A stretch of DNA of 63,987 nt, the filler included, from Octopus bimaculoides (Eukaryota), in the NCBI RefSeq assembly GCF_001194135.2. It is 9 parts of 8 records of this genome, joined end to end, with 100 filler letters (N's around TTAATTAATTAA, not from the genome) between each part and the next. Parts side by side here need not be neighbours in the genome. Positions count along the whole stretch, not along the records: positions 35,173 to 47,768 come from NC_068987.1; positions 47,869 to 50,817 come from NC_068997.1; positions 50,918 to 56,936 come from NC_068983.1; 6 more parts are not named here. One strand, written 5' to 3'. Shown piece by piece: positions 40,159-53,457 of this stretch. Made by a program: the position numbers and the translations under genes. The notes under the pieces are model-generated. The model saw nothing but the letters and a program-made list of their open reading frames with translations, ran no database searches and was not told the DNA's origin. Every line of letters begins with the position of its first letter. The first letter of the stretch is position 1.

Positions 40159-40396
40159 CCAATCAATTACCTTCATTCACTTTTCTGCAGACACCCTCCT
40201 CTTCCTCCTCCTTTGCTTTGCTTCTTTTCATTCATAAAGAGATTCATTATGGACTTCAAACACGTGATGGTATACAGCAAGCTTGTTATCTGAGCCCGAC
40301 ATTCATGATTCGTGCACGTGATATAGATCTTCATTGCTTCAAAGTGTCATTTCAATGACACTTGTTACTGTCTGAGAGTGGTTTGAGATAATAATG

Positions 40397-40457
<61 letters not shown>

Positions 40458-41059
40458 TGATGATAATAATAATAATCCAATGATTGTTGCTGGTTATCGT
40501 TAAGACAATTGTGGCACGCTTTTCCACGTATGATATCGAGCATTTTCAACAAGATAAAAATGCTTGAAAACTAATTATAATATAAAAGAGGGTAGGTCGG
40601 TGAGAAGTGGAGTCTGTACATTGCTTGACAAGGTGACAACGTGTCTTGCTGTTTGTTTAGTTGTCTCTTTACAGTTTGAGTTCATACACCACCATATTTC
40701 TTTCTGCGTTATAGTATTACTGTGATCTTAGGTGGCATCAAAGCACGGTTTCATCATCTGTCGTGTCCGCATGAACTTTTTGTAGTCATTTTGGGCATCG
40801 GAATCGCAGTAGGTTAGTTAGTTTGGCGGAGAGAATTGTCTTAGGGTATCGTTTACGAATCTCTGCATTCTGAGTTCCAGTTCACGCCTAGGTCTACTTT
40901 GCTTTTCGTTCTTTCGAGGCCGTTAAATAAAGTACCGAGGCTGGAGGATTTGCGAAGTGTTAGCGTGTCAAACGAGATGATTCTGCGTGTTTTGAATTCA
41001 AATAACACTCTCTGTTACTGGCTCCCCATCCCCGGACCGCGAAATTTTTTGTCCCTCGA

Positions 41060-41448
41060 GAGCTCCAGACCCCAGTAATGAACTCATTTGCATACAGCCA
41101 GTCAAAGCAGATCCACTTTTACCCTTTCTTACTTACTAGTCAGCACCGTGCATTCCTTACTCTTTCCCTTTCTACTGGCTGACAGCAACCTTTTTGTCAC
41201 AATCGAAAAAAATATCGCTATCACTACAAATACTACTGTCTCTAACTACCTGTCGGGCAAACGAATAAGTATATGTAAATAATATTTCTTCCTTTTTTTT
41301 TTTTTCGATTGTGACAAAAAAGTTGTCTGCCAGTAGAGAGGGAAAGAGTAAGGAATGCACAGTGCTGACTAGAAAGGAAGAAAGGATAAAGGTGGCTCTG
41401 CTCTGATTGGCTGTATGCAAATGAGTTCATTACTGGGGTCCTGAGCTC
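41060..41448. repeat. Long inverted repeat (foldback/MITE-like), ~150-bp arms
   Basis: 41060-41212 is the reverse complement of 41299-41448 with scattered differences; weaker pairing extends to about 41017 and 41491. Confidence 0.9.
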
Positions 41449-43565
41449 ACGTGGGAAAAAACTTCGACCCCGGGCGCTTCGGGACCCGGTAAAAAACAGT
41501 GGTGGGCTTGAGAAGTCTGTAAACAAGTGCTCAAGTATTTCAGCGGGGTATTNNNNNNNNNNNNNNNNNNNNNNNNNNNNNNNNNNNNNNNNNNNNNNNN
41601 NNNNNNNNNNNNNNNNNNNNNNNNNNNNNNNNNNNNNNNNNNNNNNNNNNNNNNNNNNNNNNNNNNNNNNNNNNNNNNATTTTTTTGTTGCTGAATGAAT
41701 TCCAGTGACCCCCTATTATGCTACAAAACCTCTTTTTGTGTCCAGAAAACGGGGTGAGGTGAGGTGAGGTGGAAGCCTCGGAAATTTCACCCACCCCACA
41801 CCCATTGATCTTTTCACCCACACGATTTACACTAAAAAAAAAAAAAAACTCGGATTTTTTTGCATGGATTCAAGTACCCTGACCTCACAATATGCAGCAA
41901 ACCCTTTATTTTTGTTCGGAAAAAATCCGAGTTTTTTTTTTTTTTTTTTTCTTAGTGAAAATCGTGCGGGTGAAAGGATCAAAATTTACCTTCAGCGGAT
42001 TTCCTTTAATGTCGAGTACACCAGATGGAAGGAGAGACTTCAAGGAGATTTTTATGATCTATGCACATATCAAAGGAACAAACAAGCGATCTTCTTGCAG
42101 ACATCACTTGTGAAATATATGCAACATCGTTGCTATCTTCATTGTTATCGTCCATGTTTCACTGACACTAATTTTCAGAGTCAGAATATATTATTTTGAA
42201 TGGCTAAGCCAGAAGGAAGGGTTTGTGGCCTTGAGTTTTGCAAAGTTTCGGAGCATGGTGAAATATATACTGATAGCTTGAAAATTTACGACTGGAAAAA
42301 CGTGCACGGGAAGAAAATTTTTAGAGGGCTGGCGTTCGAGATAGGGTGCTAACACTAATTATCAGTGTAGGCTCAAGTATGTATAGTTTGAATGTCGAGA
42401 GGAAGTGATACTGGTATGCCAAATGTGTCTGAATGAAGGTAATATGTGACTAACTAGTTCAGAGAACAGAGGCCGTTGTGCTTTCAACAGAACAGGAAAA
42501 ATGTGGAGACAGTAAGTCTGTGGACTTGAGTTTCCGATTGGGGAGACATGTAAGAACTGACAAGAGGACGGAAAAATTGCTTTGTTTAATAAAATTAAGA
42601 TTGGTTTTTAATGGTCAGGTTCTTGAGAAATCAGGAACTTATTGAAAGGAAAATTATTTTGATTCAAACATTATTATGTTTTCTCATTAATAAAGGGGAG
42701 AAGGTTAAATATTCACTAATATTTTGTGGAGGCTCGATATTTATCAGTTGGAGAACAGCTAGATTAGAGTTTGTTGTCTGTGTGGGGATTGGCGGTTGCT
42801 TTCGTTTGGATTGAGGTCTAGGACGACAATATTCGAACCGACTCTGATGTAAGAGCACTAGTATGTAAGTTTTATTTGAGTTTGTGGATAATCGGAAATG
42901 AAAAAGTGGAGTGGACTTCGGAATGCAGTTTTGCAGTGTTATACATGTGAGGTCACCCGGAAATATAACGCGTTTAGATGAAAAACTCACACAAACATTA
43001 AGGCTATGGACAATGCAAATTAACACAAATATTAAGGACAAGGTCATAATCGATTGCTTTAGTATAATTTGACTCGTATAAAAGATGTATTTTTTCATAT
43101 AAACTAAAACACACATTTACCAATATGATACACTGCAATGCATTGTTTTCATTTTATTCAGTTAAGAGATCATTTGGAGTTCTACCAAAGGTACATGACA
43201 TTGAATAGGTCTAGGGATTTCAGTACACCAACCTAATATTTATATCGTAATGAACCCACAGGAATTTAACCCAAAAATCTGGTTTAAAAATTTGACATTT
43301 ATGCGAGTATACAACAGAAACACGTATACAAAGACGAATAAAGGACGAATATTAAGAACCATGTAGGATAAATCTTTGATTTATTGAAATAATCTTCGCT
43401 TCGTGAGAAGATAAACAAATGCCTGTAAGTAACTGCGACCGACTCCGAGTCGAAAAAAGAAATATTCGCAAGAATTCTCTAGAACTGACATACTGTAAAA
43501 GACACGACATTAAGGACACAATGTAGTGCAATGTGATGCAGGACTCACGCACGCACACGCGCGCG

Positions 43566-43600
<35 letters not shown>

Positions 43601-43645
43601 ATGCATACATACATACATACATACATACATACATACATACATACA

Positions 43646-44320
43646 TTCCTAATGATCTCCTATACAGCCCCAAAACAGCTGNNNNNNNNNNATACATACA
43701 TACATACATACATACATTCCTAATGATCTCCTATACAGCCCCAAAACAGCTGGGCTCTCTTACCTCAGAGAAGACTGGATGGAAAGCAGTCAACATACAA
43801 AAAAGAAAAAAAAGACCATGCATGGATATGTTGCCCGGAAGCTTGAAGAAGAAGCTAGAATTGACACGAAGCGTAGCCTCTCTTGGACACAAGACCACTA
43901 CATCACATTACACTTTGAAGGGTATGCGTTTGCAATTCAGGAACAGGAGATTGCCACAAAGTACCTAGTGAACAAGAGAGACAGTGACGCTCTTGTAATC
44001 CCAAGGTGCAACCGCATGTGTAGGCTATGTCATGTTTCTGTGGAAGACATTACGCATGTGATTAGCAGCTGTCCTAAAATGTCGTCACGGTACCACTTCC
44101 CTATGAGGCACGATGTTGTTGCTAAAACAATTTACAATGCCATCCGCAAAAAAGACTGTCCTGAAATAATCTTAGAAAATCCCTCTTTTATGGAATACAT
44201 TCATAAACACCAACCCAAGGAACACTGGTGGAATATTCCGATCAAAAACTTCTGTCAAATGTAAGCATAACAGTAACTTTGTCAGAAACAGGAGACGGAT
44301 GAAAGTCCAAGAGAAAAAGA
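43646..44320 (+). mobile_element. R4/Dong-like fragment with CCHC zinc knuckle
   Basis: FEGYAFAIQEQEIATKY...CRLCHVSVEDITHVISSCP...RHDVVAK. It starts immediately after (CATA)n; the first ~40 bp are duplicated across a 10-N gap. Confidence 0.85.
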
Positions 44321-44472
44321 AGACGGATATATANNNNNNNNNNNNNNNNNNNNNNNNNNNNNNNNNNNNNNNNNNNNNNNNNNNNNNNNNNNNNNNNNNN
44401 NNNNNNNNNNNNNNNNNNNNNNNNNNNNNNNNNNNNNNNNNNNNNNNNNNNNNNNNNNNNNNNNNNNNNNNN

Positions 44473-44513
<41 letters not shown>

Positions 44514-44787
44514 ATGTATATATATATACGAGAAGAAAATGGATGTAAATAACAAGGAGAAATTAGAGTAGGCCACAGTCTGACCAATGAATTAGCTACA
44601 ATCATAGCCTCAATAAATAATAAAAAAATTAGACAAATTCTATGAAACTAGAAAAATTGTGAACAATAAAATAATAAGCAACCAACTAATAGAATTAAGC
44701 CCACCACTAATGTAGCGCCTCCAACTAACTTAGATATAGATCTGAACAGTAATAGCCCCCCTACAACATAACACGAACACAGATATA

Positions 44788-45108
44788 CATAATAACTTAT
44801 GTGGCTGCAGGAATAGAACAAAGTGCTATTTCTCAAATAGATGTAAGACAAATAACATAGTTTACCAATGTGAGGTGCACACAAATAGCCAGATAAAATC
44901 ATATATAGGCGCCACTAAAAACCAAATGATACTTAGATATAACGCACACCGATCTAGCTTCAGAAATAGGAGTAAGATAAATTCAACCGGGCTCAGTAGG
45001 TATATTTGGCCACTTAAGGATTAAAAAATAGATTATAGATTAAAATGGCGTATACTCGCAAAAACAACCACGTACAACACCGCCAATAGACGCTGTGATG
45101 TCTGTTTA
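44788..45108 (+). mobile_element. Penelope-like element GIY-YIG endonuclease remnant (absent from the ORF track)
   Basis: Manual translation: LCGCRNRTKCYFSNRCKTNNIVYQCEVHTNSQIKSYIGATKNQMILRYNAHRSSFRNRSKINSTGLSRYIWPLKD*KIDYRLKWRILAK...RRCDVCL. It has IVY...YIG plus the PLE Cys/His motifs and one in-frame stop. Confidence 0.88.
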
Positions 45109-45640
45109 TTACTATCCTAACGGCTAAACAACCCCTCCTCAATAGGAAATGTGAGAACAACAATTTTTGTCTTCATGTAGGCCTGTTTGTCTTTTCAAAG
45201 TATCGGTAAAATAGTAGGACCCTCTACAAATCCCACACTAGCATATTCATCTATATAAGTCTAATTATATAAGTCTAATCAACTTAAGAACTTAATATAA
45301 TGTAAGACTAACAAATTTTGACTTTATTACCATCACCGATGCATCAATTTATTTTTCGCATTCTGAAAACTAGTAAATTGAAACGATCGTAAATGCTACC
45401 TTTTTCTTTGTTAATTAATTAAATGAAAGACTTAAAGACATACCAGCGAAAACTTGTTATTTCTCCTTGTTATTTACATCCATTTTCTTCTCATATATAA
45501 TCTAAACTACGGTTTACCCACCGAACTACATGCTACTGTACAACTTTACAAAGGACTGTACTTACTCAGGTAATCACCAGGAGCGCCTTTGGACTTAATT
45601 ATCCCTTAGAGGTTTTAAACTCCTCTAACTGATACCTACT

Positions 45641-45675
<35 letters not shown>

Positions 45676-46084
45676 CTGGTTTTTACAGTGTGATATACAA
45701 GACAAGGTATAAATAATGGTCATTACATATTTTCTTCAGTGCAGTAAATTTGCGTTACAGCTGTTTCCAGTAGTCATTATAGGTTCGTTATTCAAAGGTT
45801 TACTCAGTCATAAACGACTTGAAATGTTAATGCTATTTTTATCGGAGTCATTTCTAGTTATAACAAAACAGAACACTGAAGGAATGGTATAGATACGGGA
45901 AGGGCAAGTGAAAGGAGGCAATAAGAATCGGTATAAGGTAAGTGGAAGATAAAGAGGAAAGGGAAAGAGAAGTGATGTATGGAGATATATATATATATAT
46001 ATATATATACGTGTGTGTGTGTATGTGTGTGTGTGTGTGTGTGTGCAGATGTATACATGTATGTGTGCGTGTCTTTGTGCGTAT

Positions 46085-46460
46085 CTTTGTCCATCACCAC
46101 CGCTCGAAACCAGTGCTGGTGTGCTTATGTCCCCGCAACTTAGCAGTTCGGGAAAGGAGATCCGGTAGAATAAGCACCGGGCTTTTAAAACATGAGTACT
46201 GGGTTAATTCATTCAACTAAAGTTCTTCAAGGCGGTACCCCAGCATAGCTGTAGTCTGATGGCTGAAATAAGTAAAAGAATAAAAGAATGTATATATATA
46301 TATAAACACAGGCGTTGCTGTGTGTTAAGAAGCTTGCTTCTCAACCACATGGTTCCGGGTTCAGTCTCACTGCGGTGCACCTTGTTTGCGTCTCACTGCA
46401 TTGCACCTATAGCCTCGAGACGACCAAAGCCCTGTGAGTGTATTTGGTAGACAGAAACTG
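46085..46460 (+). mobile_element. SINE family B 3' half followed by another 5' half
   Basis: cttagcagttcgg...gaataagcacc...cagcatagctgtagtc; then gttgctgtgtgttaagaagcttgcttctcaaccacatgg. Confidence 0.75.
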
Positions 46461-46502
46461 TCACACACACACACATACATTATCCGAAATATATATTGTT
46501 AA

Positions 46503-46610
46503 ATATCCATCATGACTGGCTTACCAATCGGTTTCGCGTAAAGAATCCAATTGAGTGTTAGGTAACAAACTGATTATATAACTTTACGCTCATCAGAGTT
46601 AGGCGATATG
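46503..46610 (-). ncRNA. Type I hammerhead ribozyme motif (Penelope/retrozyme-like)
   Basis: Minus strand: gcctaact-CUGAUGA-GCGUAAAG-[38 nt]-CUUUACGC-GAAA-CCGAUUG-GUA-agccagtc. The core is intact, stem II is a perfect 8 bp, stem III is near-palindromic (ACCGAUUGGU), and stem I pairs at only 5/8 positions. Confidence 0.7.
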
Positions 46611-46878
46611 GAAGGGAATACGGTGACTGTTCTCTATTGTCATTGGAACTGAACCTAGAACTATATAGTTGGGAAGCAAGCTTCTAACCACACAGCCACG
46701 CCTCTCCTTTTCTCTCTCTCTCTCTCTCATATATGCATTTTTGATATTAATTTTCATGTTATTATTTCAAAATATAGTATATATAATCGGTCGTATTAAG
46801 TGTGTAAATACTTTATAGTATTAATAATTTTGACACGTATATACAAAGAGCACTCACAGAATATATTTTTAATTAATG

Positions 46879-46913
<35 letters not shown>

Positions 46914-48269
46914 TTAGAGGCTGTGAATCCAACCAACTAAGGGATAGTATCTATCCAATATACTGCTGGTAGAATACCCAATTATTATTACACAAGTGTT
47001 TTTCATTGCATGACAATTACACTACCAAGTGTAATAAATGGGTGAGGGTAAAGAGTTATTTTACCATTAATTTATAGAGCAATAAGAAAATGGAAGGGAT
47101 TAATAGGTGGTATTCATCAACTTATAGACATTATATTATGTCAATTTATTTCTTTACTAAAAGGACAATTATAACAATATACATACATATATGACATATT
47201 ATGCCTTACATATATAATATATAAAATATAAAATATCAGTAATTATTAAAATATAACATATAGCAAAAGAAATTGGGATAATATCCTACAGCTGTTTCAA
47301 CCAAGAGGCAAAAATACTTTATTCTACCTTTATCCCTCCAGTGGAGTGAAGTAATTAATAGATGAAATTGGGGTACTTGGGTGTTTCTCTAGGCTTCGTC
47401 AGAGATTTCAGAAAGTACATAAGGTTAAGATATAAATATAAATACACACATATACATACTTTTACATATACATACATATACATAAATATACATAAATACA
47501 TATACCTGCACTTAAAGGTACATGCATAAATGCATGTATATGCATAGAAATGAATAAATTATTATCATTATTAGATGCATTATTATTCGTATTAGATAAA
47601 ATATAAACAGAGGTATGAGAAAGTTATAAGAGGAGTAATATTGTAATTTATAAAATCAATATATCTTAAAATTATTTTAGTTATGTAAGAATGAAACTGT
47701 GTATACATGAGGAGCACACATATTTATATACACACATGTACACATATACACATATACATATATGTATANNNNNNNNNNNNNNNNNNNNNNNNNNNNNNNN
47801 NNNNNNNNNNNNTTAATTAATTAANNNNNNNNNNNNNNNNNNNNNNNNNNNNNNNNNNNNNNNNNNNNGAAGATAGAAGATTAACCCCTGTTCACGGCGC
47901 AAACGGGAGTCCGGATGGCCCCTGTGCATGGACAATCCAAACACATATATATATATATATATATATATAAATATATGTCTATATATGTATGTATGTATGT
48001 ATGTATGTGTGTACATGTACGTGTGTTTATCTTCATCCCCATCACACCGCTTAGCAACCGGTGGTTTGTTTTGTTTTTTTGTTTTCCCCGTAACTTAGCG
48101 GTTAGGCAAAAATGAAAACAATAAAACAATGATACAATAAATATCATTTTCTAGAATTTAAGTAATGGGTTCGATTTGTTCCACTTCATAGCAGTGCTCC
48201 AACTAGGCCGCAGTCTAATGGTTGGAACAAATGAAAACCATAAAATAGACTTTAGAGCTTAAAACAAAA

Positions 48270-48311
<42 letters not shown>

Positions 48312-49411
48312 NNNNNNNNNNCTACTACTACTATCATAACAAACAATAAACAAAAGCAACAAGGAAGCGGAAATGAAATTTGAAACTTCGTTTAACAATG
48401 TGCAGTAAGAGATGTGCTCTCTTAGTGCTTGTAGTGTTTATAAAGAAAAAAAATTTAAGAGGAATATCCATGTCAGAAGAAAAAAAATCAATGTATTTAT
48501 TATGATATGATAAAACAGTGCTGTGGGAATTGATTAAACGACCATTGCTGTGCATTATAATTATTATTTGATGAAGGAAGGAGAAAGAGGATGGAGTGTT
48601 CTACTTTGGTTTCGTTTTCGTATTTAGGTTTTAGACATAAGCACACGTGTGTAGATAAGGGTACGTGCGTGAGTGTATATCGTTGCCATTATGCAAAATT
48701 GTCGTCAGTCCAAACCGTTGCTTTTTCAGAAAACGGAAAAATTAATTTCACCATTTCCATGGCAAAACCGTAGCAATACACTTGTGTGTGCTAGAATGAG
48801 AAGAATGGCCAAAAGGAATAGGTGAGGAAAGAAGAAAAAAGAGGACGAAAAGATGAAAAAAGGAGTGTCAGTTGGTGGTCAAGATATTATGAGGAGGATG
48901 AAAGAGAAGAAGGGAAAGGATAGGAAGCGATAAGAATGTAAGGGATGAATATGTATGAGTAGGGGGTGGGGAGATATGTTTGAAAAGCACTAAGGTGAGG
49001 GATGGGTACAGAAAATTTTACAGGGGGTGGTTACTAAAGTAAATGGTAAACCTCACAAAGGAAGGGAAGAATTAATAAGATATAATGGTCAAGTTTCTAA
49101 AAATAGACGGTGGTGCTTGTTGTACTGGTTAATGTGATAGTGGAAGTTGAGGAATCAGAGAGAGAAAGGAGAAAGAGTATATTGATATGCACACGTGCGC
49201 ACACACATATATATACGTATGTATATGCATCATTATATCGGCCCACATACTTGTGTACTTAAACCCATACGCGTATATGCATATATATATATGCACACAC
49301 ACACACACACACACAGCCATAGATATATGCATACTCACATACACATGCGTACATATACACACATACATACGTATGCATACATATGGATATATATATATTA
49401 TTTATATTTAA

Positions 49412-49448
<37 letters not shown>

Positions 49449-49602
49449 TATACACACANNNNNNNNNNNNNNNNNNNNNNNNNNNNNNNNNNNNNNNNNN
49501 NNNNNNNNNNNNNNNNNNNNNNNNNNNNNNNNNNNNNNNNNNNNNNNNNNNNNNNNNNNNNNNNNNNNNNNNNNNNNNNNNNNNNNNNNTATTTATATTT
49601 AA

Positions 49603-49639
<37 letters not shown>

Positions 49640-49647
49640 TACACACA

Positions 49648-50817
49648 CAGGGTGTGGTGAATAAATTGTCGTCAAAATGACGCTAAAGTGAAAATAACAC
49701 TGTCATCAGATATATTTACCAAAATTACATAAAAACGTCTTTAATACTAACGAGTAAATCGCCATTAGCTTCAATCACGTCCTCCAGACGACATCGGAAT
49801 CTCCTGCAACTGAACTGGACGTTTAAGTTGGTGAATGCTGCCATAATCCTTGCTTTCGGTTCATCTTTGGTATTACAAGATGTTTTGCTGTTCTCTCGCT
49901 CAACTGCGCCCCACACATAATAATCAAGGAGGTTGTAGTTTGCGGAGTTAGGTTGGCAAGACGTGTTAAGGATAATGTGGTTGCAGAAATTGTCTGACAG
50001 CCATGACTGGCTTCTCCTGCTTGCCAGACGTAGGGTCTTCCAGCAGCTACCAGCTTGACCCAGAGTTGGACTACCTCCTCCAGGCACTTGATGAAGGCCT
50101 CCGTGATGCGTCTGAGGTCGTGTGGGAAGATGAGTGGAAGCATAACGTCGCCATCACGGGTGATCACTCTAAACACCATGATGTTGAGTGGAGTTTGATT
50201 CTCGCTACAGCAACCCAACTATTGTTCTGTATGTTCACCATCTGAACCCGGCAGAATTTTTTCTCGTCTGAGAAGAACCAAAGCATATTCGGTGGGAGGG
50301 AATGCTTCAGTTTGTTCAAAAGCTTCGCAGCGCGGTCTTTCCAATTTTCCTTGATGGCTTGGGATAAAAATTAGCCCTTTCTCATCTTGTATGAGGAATA
50401 CCGAATGATAAGAAACTCAGGTACTCCCTTGTCCTTGGCAATGGACCTGCTTGACTTGGAGGGACCGTCAACGATAACCTGGATCTCACCAACAAATTCA
50501 GGAGTTCTTTTCTTATCAGAACGATCAGAGTGAGTTGTCCGAGCAGCCGTACCTTCGTAATTCCCATTAGACACATCCAAATCTTTCCGAATCCTCTGCA
50601 CTGTCCTCAGATTGATATCAAAACACTCTGAAATGTTCGTATTGGAGCTTCCGGCGCGAATGCAAAGCAGTACAGCTTATCGTTTCCAAATTTCTGGCAA
50701 AATTAATTGTTATGATACTGATTTCTCACAGACGGTGCCCAACTGGCCCTACCATACTGCATAGTCGAAAAATAAAAAAAACAATGCGCATGTGCAAAAT
50801 TAAAAATATAGCATGGT
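49648..50817 (-). mobile_element. Tc1/mariner maT-type (DD37D) transposon, degenerate copy 2
   Basis: Same family as 6585-7598 (VFRVITRDGDVMLPLIFPHDLR; NYNLLDYYVWGAVERE). The TIR cagggtgtggtgaataaattgtcgtc at about 49648 resembles the copy 1 terminus. The other end runs into a gap. Confidence 0.88.
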
Positions 50818-50917
50818 NNNNNNNNNNNNNNNNNNNNNNNNNNNNNNNNNNNNNNNNNNNNTTAATTAATTAANNNNNNNNNNNNNNNNNNNNNNNNNNN
50901 NNNNNNNNNNNNNNNNN

Positions 50918-50960
<43 letters not shown>

Positions 50961-51889
50961 GGGAGTCTGCAATTAACAGACGAAGTCGGTCCAGTACTTC
51001 TTACTTTTGCTCACGGGCAGCTATCTTCCTTGTCCATGTATATCAATTGCGTGCTTCATGCAACCTTACAGGTTTTTACTTTCATTTCTTGCTCAATAGG
51101 CTCTATTTAGCAGCCTCAGGCACAATTATTGAATGTCTATATCTATATATCACTTTATCTATCTATCGCTTTATAAATTTACTTATATATGCATGTACGT
51201 AATTGCATGAATGTGTATACGACTGTGTGAGACTTTGTAATAAGAGCGAACTCTTAAAAAACGCGTTAAGCCCATGATTTCCAAACATTTTAACTTTCAG
51301 TCTAAAATGCCCGAGAACTCATATGAACTCCATTTCAACAAACCGATTCATTTCAGTAGTAAGGACATGCACTCGATATGTATTTAATGGGCTTCGATAA
51401 CACAATGAGGAAATCTAAATATCGTTTTCTGCTGTATTTTGATGAAAGCTATGCAGCTGATAAGTTTACATTTTTGATACAAAGGAAAATTTATCAGTTT
51501 GTACACTTTGAAATGTTTTTCTACTGTATTGGTGTATAGGAGATTATTCTATAACAAAAAAACAAGCAGATCAGATTAAATACTTTGTAGTATAATGCTA
51601 TATTGATTTGAGCTTCCAACTAAACATAATTCTCTAATACAGCTGTACATTCATTACACACGGAAAACATGATGCTAACTTTTCACTAACTTAAATAGAA
51701 ATGTACGAAATACTCACACGTTGTTGTGTGTGGCCTACTGGATAGAGTATCTGGCTCCTGCACATAGGGTTGTTCTTTCGGTTCCGTCAACGGGTTACGC
51801 ATTAAAATCTTAAGCAAGCAAGGCATTTTCTTTCCCAATATACTAAGTATAAATTATTCGTCTTTTATCAAATATCTCACACACGCACA

Positions 51890-52287
51890 TAGGCGTGGAC
51901 ATGGCTATGTAGCAAGAATCTTGCTTCTCAATCACATGGGACCTTGGGAAAGTGACTTAAATATATATATATATATANNNNNNNNNNNNNNNNNNNNNNN
52001 NNNNNNNNNNNNNNNNNNNNNNNNNNNNNNNNNNNNNNNNNNNNNNNNNNNNNNNNNNNNNNNNNNNNNNNNNNNNNNNNNNNNNNNNNNNNNNNNNNNN
52101 NNNNNNNNNNNNNNNNNNNNNNNNNNNNNNNNNNNNNNNNNNNNNNNNNNNNNNNNNNNNNNNNNNNNNNNNNNNNNNNNNNNNNNNNNNNNNNNNNNNN
52201 NNNNNNNNNNNNNNNNNNNNNNNNNNNNNNNNNNNNNNNNNNNNNNNNNNNNNNNNNNNNNNNNNNNNNNNNNNNNNNNNNNNNNNN

Positions 52288-52335
<48 letters not shown>

Positions 52336-52585
52336 CATGTATGTATATATGTATGTATATGTTTGTATGTCTATTTTTCTACCCCCATCGTTTGGCAATG
52401 ATGTTAGTGTGTTTTTGTGTTCTCCATAACTTAGCGGTTCGGCAAAAGATATGGATAGAATAAATACTAGGCTTACGAAGAAATGCCTAGGTTCTTGCAA
52501 TGAAATTCCTGGAGTTGATTTCTTCGGCTAAAACCCTTTAAAGCTTTGCTCCAGCAAAGCCGTATTCAAATGACTGAAACAAGAA
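51890..52585 (+). mobile_element. SINE family B split by a gap at its internal microsatellite
   Basis: The 5' head is at about 51890 and the 3' body (taacttagcggttcggcaaaag...gactgaaacaag) is at 52380-52585. Confidence 0.7.
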
Positions 52586-52843
52586 TAAGAATAAGAATAA
52601 GGGAATGCCATCTATGAAGTAGATATTGCGTCTACAATTGAAGACACATCTAATAGTTACATTTGGGGTGGTTTGTGCTATGACTAGGTGTCATGTGCAC
52701 ACAAAAAATTGAAATTTCACAAAACGTCAGTTATACCGAAAGTTATATTAAACAAACTAGGAAATCAATTGCTGTAGAATCTACCCACCATATACACTGA
52801 ACATCAAAGCTAATATACAAAGAATATCTAAGAATGAGAAACT

Positions 52844-52900
<57 letters not shown>

Positions 52901-53263
52901 AACTCCATCACATCTTCAGCATATTTACTGTCAAACTCTTACGCTCTGTAAATCCAAACTTTTCTGCTATTGTCGAATACTACATCGTTCCCAAAACAAT
53001 ACATGCATTAAAACACTGCCCTAATTCGAAGAGTGATATGATTTTACATAATCCAAAAATAATAGTAGTAATCCAACAGTAATTAGGAATATTATTAATC
53101 AATCTGCCTTTAAATTTTATAAATATAAAATATAATTATCGCTCCCTGAAATCACCCCGAATTATAAATCCTGAAAAACATTATTCCTAACTAGGTATTA
53201 GGTGCATTAAACTACATGCAGAATACGCGAATCGAAAATAAGTATATTATCAATAACAATTGC

Positions 53264-53457
53264 AAAACAATGGCTCGATAGACATGTTTCTCTCGACAAT
53301 TCATTACCCAAATTTCGTTAAAAACTCGTATATTCTTGAAATAGGATGAAACTACTGTTAAAACAATGGCTCGATAGACATGTTTCTCTCGACGATTTAT
53401 TACCCAAATTTCGTTAAAAACTCGTATATTCTTGAAATAGGATGAAACTACTGTTAA
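53264..53457. repeat. 96-bp tandem duplication
   Basis: aaaacaatggctcgatagacatgtttc...gaaactactgtt occurs at 53264 and 53360 with few differences. Confidence 0.9.

Noticed and set aside
47875-47945. Kazal/OATP-like peptide DCPCTGAIRTPVCAVNRG on the minus strand
   Set aside because: There is no splice acceptor (it is preceded by (TA)n), a stop follows immediately instead of the TY.xxC continuation, and the DNA begins TTAACCC like a transposon terminus with an internal cccctgt repeat. Treated as coincidence unless transcripts show splicing.
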